From an uncultured Verrucomicrobiae bacterium (GTDB lineage: Bacteria > Verrucomicrobiota > Verrucomicrobiia > Chthoniobacterales > JAFAMB01): DNA of 64,000 bases. The notes below the pieces were generated by a model. The model had not been told where the DNA came from. It worked only from the letters and a program-made list of their open reading frames with translations, and made no database searches. This document shows positions 1 to 8,098 of the stretch, piece after piece. Both the position numbers and the translations under genes were made by a program. The first letter of the stretch is position 1; each line of letters opens with the position of its first letter. Where the stretch lies: NCBI GenBank assembly GCA_963793135.1, contig CAWBYX010000028.1:119886-183885 (forward strand). The letters are read 5' to 3'.

Positions 1-510
1 CAACCACGGGTCGATTTCGTGGCGTGAGACGGGACCGTTGTGGTGCGTGGTGCGGCGCAGCAACCGGGCGATGAACTCAATCGCCAATGGGTGATTCTGT
101 TTCATCGCCCTTTGGAAAGCGTTGCCATCGAGTGTCCCGACATTGGCGAGCACAAGTTCTTTGAGTTCCTGTCCAAAGTTCATAGCATTCGCGCTCACCT
201 GCCAAGCGCCGGCCTCGATGGTGTCTGGCGTGACGGAAGTTGGGTTGGTCGTGTCGCGGCCTTCGTTCCAGTTCCACGAGGATTCAAAGCCGGCGAGCAC
301 GCGCAGCACTTCCAGCATGACAGCGCGTCGATGGGGGACGCCCTCCCAGGGCCCGAGCGTATCAATCACGCTGGAATAAATGTCGTTGAACGGATCGGGC
401 GCGAATATCTCGTCAGGTGAGCGCCTTCCCCATATAACGAGCTGATCTAGAAAGTCGTCGGGTGCAACGCCTCTATTTGCGACGTGTTGTTTGGTGGCGA
501 TAAAGTGCAT
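1..510 (-). CDS. Hypothetical protein, N-terminal 170 codons only (gene runs off the window start). Possibly a lysozyme/SLT-like fold.
   Basis: My own translation of the minus strand from the ATG at 510-508 gives MHFIATKQHVANRGVAPDDFLDQLVIWGRRSPDEIF...LAGFESSWNWNEGRDTTNP...IEAGAWQVSANAMNFGQELKELV...HEIDPWL. There are 170 codons with no stop down to position 1. It is missing from the ORF track because no stop lies inside the window. The + ORF 40..420 is its antisense shadow. The ES ... GAWQ spacing weakly recalls the SLT ES / GLMQ motifs. Confidence 0.5.
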   Translation of the reverse strand, partial: MHFIATKQHVANRGVAPDDFLDQLVIWGRRSPDEIFAPDPFNDIYSSVIDTLGPWEGVPHRRAVMLEVLRVLAGFESSWNWNEGRDTTNPTSVTPDTIEAGAWQVSANAMNFGQELKELVLANVGTLDGNAFQRAMKQNHPLAIEFIARLLRRTTHHNGPVSRHEIDPWL

Positions 511-1119
511 AGGTAGTTGGTAGTTATAATGATTTTGCTTCTGCCGCTGATTACGGCGACGACGTTAGTTACTAGTAGTTAGCTGCGTCCCGGCTTCGGT
601 TAGCAAAGTTTCCTCTCTTTCCCATGTATTGCATTCCCGATCGGTGCTTACTGATTTCAACGAAGAAAGCTGTCCGATCCCTCAGAAAAATTTTCTGATG
701 TGCAAAAACGCATCTTTTCCAAGAAAAGCCTGCGGGCGTGACAAATCTTCATCCAAACGGACTTTGGCGAGATTTCGAGTGATTTTTGCGGGCCAGGCTC
801 CTGAAGACGCCACAATCCGCACCGGTGTGAACTAAAAAATAGCCGAACCTGCGCGCGCAAAGTTTATTGATCGCACTACGATCCTTATTTAGTGGGAGGC
901 ATACCGCCGTCGGCTGCGAATAAAGCCCTCGGCAAGATCAGCCGGCAGCGAAGCTTAGCTCCCCGGATAGCCTTGGAGAAAGTCTTTTCTCTCTGATTCT
1001 AGATTAGCACGGTTGTTCCACTCTATTGGAGTAAGGATCCGTCTGCAGCGCGGTGGCCATTTTCAACTTGTCACGGAGAGTTAAGCTATGCAGAACAGTC
1101 CCTAACATCTGCGCGTTGT

Positions 1120-4100
1120 ATGTTGTGTGAATTCGATGATGCCTCTTGGAATGATCTTTTAACTCGGATTGCCGAGGGCGAGGTTATACCTGTGGTCGGA
1201 CGGGGCGCGGTTACCTTTGGGTCAAGCGATGAGCTTTTATATCCTCGGCTCGCGCGTCGCCTGCCTGCCGAACTTGATCCGCCCTTGACGTTCGAGAAGC
1301 CGCCGATCGATCTGCAGGAAGTCGTCGATGCCCACCGGGCGAACGGGCGGCCCATTGAGCGTATTTACAAGCGTCTCTACAGGATGGTGGAAAACCCCGA
1401 TCTGCGTCCCGGGGTCACGCTTGCTGCGCTTGCCGCCATCGAAGGATTCCAGCTCTTCATCAGCACAACGTTCGATCCCCTGTTGGCACGAGCGGTCGAG
1501 AGCGCCTCGCCTGGCGGGAATCCCGAAGAACGCCGCGGCGCAAGTTCCTTGCGTGACGCCTGTCCCGATCTGCCGTTAGAGCTCTCAAAGATGCAGAACT
1601 CGGACCAACGCTTCGTCTATCAGATCCTCGGCCAGGCCAAAGCCTACCGCGACTTTGTCGTCTGGGATGATGACATGTTTCGCTTCCTCCTGCGCCTCGA
1701 CCAGCAACTCCCTCTGCTTCCAAAGCTCTCTGAAGCTCTCCAGAAGAGCCACTTCCTCGTCCTGGGCCTCAGTTTTACCGACTGGCTTTTGCGCTTCTTT
1801 GTCCAGGTCATCAAACATCAGCCCCTGTCAGAACTCGCCAGCAGCGAACTATACGTTTTCGAAAAGCTCGATTCCGCCGAGCGCGACAAGGTCGTTGTCT
1901 ACTTTAGCCGGCTCAGCAAACAAATCCGCGTCTTCCCTACCGACCCCATTGACTTCATATCCGAACTGCATACTCGCTGGCGTAAGAAGCACCCTGCGCC
2001 GGTGGGAGATCCGTACCTTATGAACAAAGCAAATCGTCAAAAGCAAGGCGCCCGCGGCTGCATCTTTGTCAGCTATGCGTCGCCGGACTTGGAAATCGCG
2101 CGTTTCCTCGTCAGCCAACTTCAGAAGGCCGGTTGTTTGGTCTGGTTCGACAAAGAGCAAATCCAGCCAGGCGAAAATTGGGAGGATGAATTGCACAAAG
2201 CCGTCGAGGAGCGTTGCGGTCTTTTCTTGAGCATTATTTCCACACCACAGCGCAGTCCGGCTCGAAGGCTACAACATTCTCGAACGTAAGCTCGCGGCCA
2301 AACGGCGCGAAAAGCTTGCTGACAATGCCATCTTCTATCTGCCGCTGCGCATTGATGACGGCGACCCGCTCATCCCGGAGAATGAGCCGCGTGGCACCGG
2401 TAAAATCCAAGGCGTTCGCAAGTCCGGGCGGTCATCTCGATGAAGACTTCATCGGCTACCTGCGCGAGAAACAGCGTGAAAACTGCGCAGCCCTCGGCTA
2501 CCCTTGCCGCCAGAATCTCCCGTAGACAATGCCGCTGCCCGATTCAGACGACGGGGTTGCCGTCGCAGTGGTGCTTCTCTTGGCGAGCAAGCTTCCAGCG
2601 CGGCACCTCGCCCTGTGGCCGATCTCGAGCACCCGTGGCTTGGGCTGGAAAGTTTTCGGGAGGAAACCCGCGCCTACTTCTTCGGACGAGACACCGAAAC
2701 CGCCGAAATACATCTTCGCTTGCGCAGCCAACCGCTGCTGGTCCTCTATGGCCGCAGTGGCTTTGGGAAAGACGAGCATCCTCAGTGCCGGTCGTGATCC
2801 CGCGGCTGCGCAGAGAGGGCTATCGCGCCTCAATCCATCGGCTTAGATACGAGCAAGAGGATCCTGGCCCGCACGATCAACTCTTATTCCATTTGGGTGT
2901 GCGGGATGTCAACCGCGCTATTCCATTTCCATTGCCCAATGACGCGGCTAGCCGCCTGTGGCTGCATATGCACCGAAAGCTTCCGTGGTCCGGCGTCACC
3001 CACCTCATTCTCGATCAATTCGAAGAAGTTTTCATTGTTGAAACGCAGCGACCGGAGACCGTGGAAGAGGTTCGCGAAGCTCTCGGAATTCTCATCCAGG
3101 GGATCGTTCCTGCGTCAGTAGCCAGACTGTCTCGCTGAGGAAGAGACTTTCTTTGACTACTTCGACCCCGACTCCCAGCCTGTGCGGGTCATTCTCGCCT
3201 TACGCGACGACTACATTTATGCGCTGAACCGCTGGCGACGTCACCTTCCTCAGCTTGGCCAAAACTACTTCGAGCTGCACGCCCTTCGCGGTCCCGCTGC
3301 GTTCGATGCTGTCTTTGAGCCCGCGTCGGCTACGCGCTCACAAGCGTGAAGAAAACGGCACTCTCGTCGACGCCGACACAGGGCTGCCACCGATTGTCTC
3401 CGAGGCCACTGCTAGACGCATCGTTCGTTTCATTGCCGAGAAGAAAGAAGACGTGCCGCTTGAGGAGATAGAAGCCGTCCCACCAATCCTCTCGCTGTTA
3501 TGCCGTGAGCTAAATGAACGCCGCTACCCGCAGCCGCCCGGTGCCTTTGGACCCGCCGATGGCCGAGATAGTGTTTGATGAACGAGATGACAATGTCGAA
3601 ACCATTCTGCGAGACCTTCTACGAGCGCTGTGTGGCAGGTCGTCCGGAAGCTGTGCGCGTCTTCATCGAAGAAGACCTGGTGAGCCACAGCGGTATCCGC
3701 CTGCAAAACGACGAGCACAGCATTGTCGATATCTTCGCCAACGGCTGCGAAGTCCCGGGCGACGAAATGGGTCGATACGCTGCTGGGTATGGCGACCGCG
3801 ACGCTGCAACCGACTGTTTGCGTGAGCTCGTGGTGGCTAGCGGGTGGTAACGGCCTCAGGGATAATATGGCGCGAATCTGGGATGGGCGATCCCAACGCA
3901 TGAGGAACCGTGCGGCTGACGGCTGGGTTTATTCAGCGCCTTCGGTGCGGATGGCCAACGGTGTGACGGCCTCAAGGTAAGACGGCGCGAGTATGGGTGC
4001 GGCGACCGGGAAGCATCGGGGAACCGATGCGGCTGAGGGCGGTTCTTTCAGCGCAGTTCAGCGCGGTGGCCGACGGTGGTGACAGCTTCAGAGGATAAGA

Positions 4101-4705
4101 CGGCGCGAGTATGGGATGCGGCGACCGGGAAAGCATCGGGGAACCGATGCGGCATGAGGAGGCGGTTCTTTCAGTGCAGTTCACTACGGATGGCCAACGG
4201 GTGGTAACAGCTTCAGAGGATAAGACGGCCCGAATCTGGGATGCGGCGACCGGTAAAGCATCGGGGAACCGATGCGGCATAACGGCTGGGTTTACAGCTC
4301 AATTCAGTGCCGATGGCCAACGGGCGGTGACGGCGTCAGAAGATACGACGGCGCGAGTTTGGGATGTGGTGACCGGGAAAGCATCGGGGAACCGATGCGG
4401 CATGAGGACGCAGTCATTTCAGCGCGGTTCAGTGCGGACGGCCAACGGGTGGTGACAGCCTCAGAGGATAAGACGGCGCAAGTCTGGGATGCGCCGACCG
4501 GTAAAGCAATCGGAGAACCAATGCGGCATGACGGTCGGTTAATGCCGCGCAGTTCAGTGCGGATGGCCAACGGGTGGTGACAGCCTCAGAGGATAAGACG
4601 GCCCGAGTCTGGGATGCGTCGACCGGTAACGCAATCGGGGAACCGATGCGGCACGAGGACGCGGTTCGTTCGGCGCAGTTCAGTGCGGATGGCCAGCGGG
4701 TGTGA
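1120..4705 (+). pseudogene. SIR2-like / TIR / STAND (nSTAND- or NACHT-like) P-loop NTPase / WD40 x7 conflict-system protein, disrupted by at least 10 frameshifts.
   Basis: SIR2_2-like motifs: VIPVVGRGA, LFISTTFDPLLARAVE, FLVLGLSFTDWLLRF. TIR: GCIFVSYASPDLEIARFLVSQLQKAGCLVWFDKEQIQPGENWEDEL, continuing in another frame as RLEGYNILERKLAAKRREKLADNAIFYLPLRIDDGDP. NTPase: HPWLGLESFREETRAYFFGRDTETAEIHLRL..PLLVLYGRSGFGK / TSILSAG / VIPRLRREGY (a Walker A motif spread over three frames), Walker B HLILDQFEEVF, then VRVILALRDDYIYAL. This is followed by seven ~126-nt WD40 units. The reading frame moves 1>2>0>(1)>2>0>1>2>0>1>2>0 between about 2242 and 3850. Confidence 0.8.
3850..4705 (+). repeat. Seven tandem ~126-bp WD40-encoding units. 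The consensus is [42 protein letters not shown].
   Basis: WD dipeptide codons (tgggat) recur near 3880, 3990 (degenerate), 4112, 4238, 4362, 4488 and 4612. The units are highly similar at nucleotide level and carry indels relative to one another. Confidence 0.8.
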
Positions 4706-4756
4706 CCGCCTCATGGGAAAGAGGGCGACCGGATGCGGCAGACCGGAACGAACGGG

Positions 4757-4780
4757 GAACGAGAGGACGAGGACGCGATT
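4757..4780. repeat. Isolated copy of the ACGAG(G/C)ACGAG hexamer-periodic motif (gaacgagaggacgaggacgcgatt).
   Basis: The same motif class occurs at 35851-35896, 36167-36215, 36575-36626, 36969-37009 and throughout 52404-52826. Confidence 0.5.
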
Positions 4781-4798
4781 AATTAAACCCAGTTAACC

Positions 4799-5275
4799 CT
4801 AAAAAGGTATATCGTCCGGCTCGGTGTCCAGGTCCGGGTCGCGCGGTTCGGGCCGGGCAGGGGGAGCGGACGTGGTGGGAGTGCGGCGAGGTGCGGAAGC
4901 CGAGAACGAGCCGGAAGCGGGGGAGCCGCCCTCAGCATCTTGCCGGCTGCCCAGCAGTTGTAGATTTTCGGCGACCACCCGAAGCCGGGAACGTTTTTGG
5001 CCAGTTTGCTTGTCGTCCCAGCTGTCCAATTGGAGACGACCCTCGATAAAGACCGGGCGGCCTTTTTTCAGATACTGCCCGGCAACCTCCGCCTGTCGTG
5101 CCCAAAGCGTGACGTCGACAAATGTCACTTCCTCCTTCTTTTCACCGTCTTCTCCTGAGTAGACCCGGTTGACTGCAAGACCAATCTCCGTGACCGCAGT
5201 GCCCTTGGGTGTGTAGCGCACCTCAGGATCGCGAGTGAGATTGCCGATTAAGAGGACGCGGTTGAGATTTGCCAT
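4799..5275 (-). CDS. ssb: Single-stranded DNA-binding protein.
   Basis: MANLNRVLLIGNLTRDPEVRYTPKGTAVTEIGLAVNR..., an OB fold, a Gly/Pro-rich linker and the canonical acidic C-terminal tip DDIPF. Confidence 0.95.
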   Translation of the reverse strand: MANLNRVLLIGNLTRDPEVRYTPKGTAVTEIGLAVNRVYSGEDGEKKEEVTFVDVTLWARQAEVAGQYLKKGRPVFIEGRLQLDSWDDKQTGQKRSRLRVVAENLQLLGSRQDAEGGSPASGSFSASAPRRTPTTSAPPARPEPRDPDLDTEPDDIPF

Positions 5276-5284
5276 AAGCGATGT

Positions 5285-5602
5285 CTAGGCTTTCGAAGTT
5301 CGGGCAGGTACCTTAAGCGGTAACCTCTGATAATGCTGGAGAAAAATGATGGGATCGAGCTTAAATTTGCCGCGCAGCTTGGTGATCAAAGTTGGATCTG
5401 CTTCGAAAATAAAATTGACGTAATAGGCGGAGTCAAGGTGACGGGGGCTGTACGCCAGAGGGCGTTTATCCATTTTTTGGACTTGTTCCACCTCGGCGCC
5501 CTCTTTCGCAAAGTCCGATTCCAGACGTTCGATGATCTCTTTCACGCTGTCTTCCTGGCCATGAGTATCAACGGCCAGCAAGCATTCATAACGATTGTTC
5601 AT
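5285..5602 (-). CDS. rpsF: 30S ribosomal protein S6.
   Basis: 105 aa, sitting immediately upstream of ssb (the conserved rpsF-ssb pairing). S6-like sequence: YECLLAVD...KRPLAY...YYVNFIFEADP. Confidence 0.85.
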   Translation of the reverse strand: MNNRYECLLAVDTHGQEDSVKEIIERLESDFAKEGAEVEQVQKMDKRPLAYSPRHLDSAYYVNFIFEADPTLITKLRGKFKLDPIIFLQHYQRLPLKVPARTSKA

Positions 5603-5614
5603 AATGTTTCAATA

Positions 5615-6175
5615 TTATTCTGCTCTGTTGTAACTGTTCATCGCCGAGGCGATCCCTTGCTCCGCGACATGCTCAATGGCCTCTGCCGCACGCTCGATTG
5701 CCCTCTCCATGGTTGGCTTTTCCAACCGGTCGAATTCACCCAGGACATGGTCGCTCAAGGCTTCCGCACTCGAACCGCCAATCCCAACCCTCAAGCGCAT
5801 AAAGTTCTCGCCCAGATTGACGATCATCGATTTCAACCCGTTGTGGCCGCCGTCGCTTCCAGTTGGCCGCAGCCGGAGCCGGCCAAGCGGCAGAGCCACA
5901 TCATCGACCACGACCAGGATCTCTTCCGGCTGAACCTTAAAGTAACGCGAGAATTTGCCAATGACATCTCCCGTTCGGTTCATATAGGTCAGTGGCTTGA
6001 TCAAAAGGATGTCGCCCCATTTTCCCAATTCTGAGCTCCAAGCCGCCGATCTTGAAAAAGTCACCCTGTTTTTTCCCGCCAAACAATCGAGCACCATGAA
6101 GCCAACGTTATGCCGCGTGCCGCTATACTGGAGCCCAGGATTTCCCAGGCCAGCTACGAGACGCAGACTAGCCAT
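5615..6175 (-). CDS. pth: Peptidyl-tRNA hydrolase.
   Basis: LVAGLGNPGLQYSGTRHNVGFMVLD...GHNGLKS motifs, 186 aa. Confidence 0.93.
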   Translation of the reverse strand: MASLRLVAGLGNPGLQYSGTRHNVGFMVLDCLAGKNRVTFSRSAAWSSELGKWGDILLIKPLTYMNRTGDVIGKFSRYFKVQPEEILVVVDDVALPLGRLRLRPTGSDGGHNGLKSMIVNLGENFMRLRVGIGGSSAEALSDHVLGEFDRLEKPTMERAIERAAEAIEHVAEQGIASAMNSYNRAE

Positions 6176-6181
6176 GGACAG

Positions 6182-6850
6182 TTAAGGCTGAGGAGTCTCC
6201 TGTTTGGCTTCTCCCTTCTTCTCGGTGATGACCTCGGGAGCCGCCGGGGTTTCCGCGGTTTCTGTGACTTCTTCGCCCACCCGCGAAGCAACCACACTGA
6301 CAACGGTCAAATCTTCAGGGGTGAGTGATTCAACGCCTGAAGGAAGAGGAATATCGCGGACGTGAAGCGATTCGCCGATATTCAAGTTGGTCACATCGAT
6401 CCGAACGATTTCAGGCAGATCTTGCGGGAAACATTCGACTTCCAGCGTGCGTAAAGAATGTTCCAGCAGTCCACCGAAGGTTCTGACTCCCAAGGCGTCA
6501 CCGACGGCTTCAATCGGAACTTCGGAGGTGATCTTCTCGGTTGCGGAAACGGCATGAAAATCGACATGGAGCAATTCCGGCCGTAAAGGGTGATGCTGCA
6601 CTTCCTGAATCAGGGCCAGTCGATTGGTGCTTTGGCTGCCGTCCGCGATCTCCAGTTCCACTAAAACGTGTTCGCTCAAGGCGTGTGCAAGCACGTTGGT
6701 CAGGGCACGGCCTTCCACTTGAAGGGCTATTGGCTCCCCCTGCGAGCCATAAATGACGCCGGGAACCAATCCTTGTGCTTTGATCTTCTTTATAGCGTTC
6801 CGACCGACTACGGTCCGTTTTTCCGCTTTCAGCTTAACTTGTTGAGCCAT
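6182..6850 (-). CDS. rplY: 50S ribosomal protein L25 / general stress protein Ctc.
   Basis: 222 aa with an L25/Ctc-like N-terminus (LKAEKRTVVGRNAIKKIKAQGLVPGVIYG), an acidic C-terminal tail and the prs-ctc-pth gene order. Confidence 0.88.
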   Translation of the reverse strand: MAQQVKLKAEKRTVVGRNAIKKIKAQGLVPGVIYGSQGEPIALQVEGRALTNVLAHALSEHVLVELEIADGSQSTNRLALIQEVQHHPLRPELLHVDFHAVSATEKITSEVPIEAVGDALGVRTFGGLLEHSLRTLEVECFPQDLPEIVRIDVTNLNIGESLHVRDIPLPSGVESLTPEDLTVVSVVASRVGEEVTETAETPAAPEVITEKKGEAKQETPQP

Positions 6851-6856
6851 GATTCT

Positions 6857-7819
6857 TTAGATTTGTTTTGCGTTGATCTCGAAAAGTGAACTCACCGATT
6901 CGTTGGTGTAAATCCGGTGAATGCCTTCAGCGAGGATCTCAGCGATCGAAAGGACGGTGATGTGACATTGCGGGTGGAGTTTGACCGGAGTGCTATCGGT
7001 GGTGATTAGTTCCTTAATTTCCGATTTTATCAGTCTCTCGTGGGCGATCTCGGTAAAGACAGCGTGGGAAACTCCCGTGTAGATATCTTTGGCACCATAT
7101 TTTCTCAACAGGCTGGCTGCGTTGGTCAGGGTGCCGGCGGTTTCCGTCAGGTCATCCACCATGATGACGTTTTTGCCGTCCACCTCGCCAATTACCGTCA
7201 GGGCCTCTGTTTCGGTAGGACTGATCCGTCGTTTAGCAACGATTGCCAGTGTCGCTCCCAGAGCCTCGGCGTAGGCAGATGCCAATTTCAGTCCGCCGAC
7301 ATCTGGCGAGACGACGGCCAAGTTCTCGATCTTTTTCTGGCGGATATAGCGGATCAGGACCGGTGCAGCGTAAAGATGATCGACCGGGATGTCGAAAAAT
7401 CCCTGGATCTGTTGGGCATGCAAATCGAGTGTCAACACTCGGCTGGCGCCGGCGGCGACAAGTAAATTGGCGACCAGTTTGGCCGTGATGGGGACGCGCG
7501 GCTGATCTTTGCGGTCTTGGCGAGCATACCCAAAATAGGGAATGACCGCTGTGATGCGATAGGCGCTTGCGCGTCTGGCCGCATCGATCAGGATCAGGAG
7601 CTCCATCAAATTCTGGTTGGTGGGGGGGCAGGTTGGTTGAACGATGTAAATGTCGCGACCACGGATATTTTCGTTGATCTTAACCCGCGTCTCCCCGTCC
7701 GGAAAAGAGCTGACAACAGCGTCGCCGAGGGGGGCGCCGATTGCCTGACATATTCTCGTGGCCAGATCGCGATGCGCTGATCCAGAAAATATCTTCATTT
7801 CTCGGTTAAATGGTGTCAT
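6857..7819 (-). CDS. prs: Ribose-phosphate pyrophosphokinase.
   Basis: MKIFSGSAHRDLATRICQAIG...RQDRK...DLHAQQIQGFF...VVSPDVGG...MVDDLTETAGTL. The ORF-track start at 7969 lies in a repeat-derived leader. I prefer the Met at 7819 or 7798. Confidence 0.92.
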   Translation of the reverse strand: MTPFNREMKIFSGSAHRDLATRICQAIGAPLGDAVVSSFPDGETRVKINENIRGRDIYIVQPTCPPTNQNLMELLILIDAARRASAYRITAVIPYFGYARQDRKDQPRVPITAKLVANLLVAAGASRVLTLDLHAQQIQGFFDIPVDHLYAAPVLIRYIRQKKIENLAVVSPDVGGLKLASAYAEALGATLAIVAKRRISPTETEALTVIGEVDGKNVIMVDDLTETAGTLTNAASLLRKYGAKDIYTGVSHAVFTEIAHERLIKSEIKELITTDSTPVKLHPQCHITVLSIAEILAEGIHRIYTNESVSSLFEINAKQI

Positions 7820-7878
7820 AGCCAGGCGAAAGGAACACAGAGTGTAATACTGAAATCTGGTTTTGCAAGAGGGGACGG

Positions 7879-7903
7879 GGCGTTCGGCGTTGGGTTCAGC
7901 GTT
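7879..7903. repeat. GGCGTTCGGCGTT...TTCAGCGTT repeat-family copy (left arm).
   Basis: ggcgttcggcgttgggttcagcgtt. Its reverse complement recurs at 8042-8092. Related copies are at 35779-35798 and 60939-60974. Confidence 0.7.
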
Positions 7904-8041
7904 GCTTTCACGGCGTTTTTCGGCGGCGGTTGGGTACGACTCCGGCCGGGCTCCGGTCTTGTCGAACACGTCACCCCCTCAAGATTAGTCGTGTGGCCAG
8001 GCATACCGCGTGCGGACGAATTGCGGGTGCTCGAACGCATG

Positions 8042-8092
8042 AACGCTGAACGCCGGCTGAACGCTGAGCCTACGCTACCAACGCCGAACGCC
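8042..8092. repeat. GGCGTTCGGCGTT family, inverted and expanded copy.
   Basis: aacgctgaacgccggctgaacgctgagcctacgctaccaacgccgaacgcc, which is the inverted partner of 7879-7903 across the prs/dnaE intergenic region. Confidence 0.7.
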
Positions 8093-8098
8093 TCCTGT

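Noticed and set aside
40-420. 126-aa + strand ORF at the window start.
   Set aside because: It is the antisense shadow of the better minus-strand ORF 1..510. It has an Arg/Gly/Ala-rich composition and no recognisable motifs.
4799-5602. The rpsF-ssb pair is not followed by rpsR-rplI.
   Set aside because: The gene order differs from the common rpsF-ssb-rpsR-rplI arrangement, but such splits occur in many lineages. Nothing in the sequence suggests a recent rearrangement.
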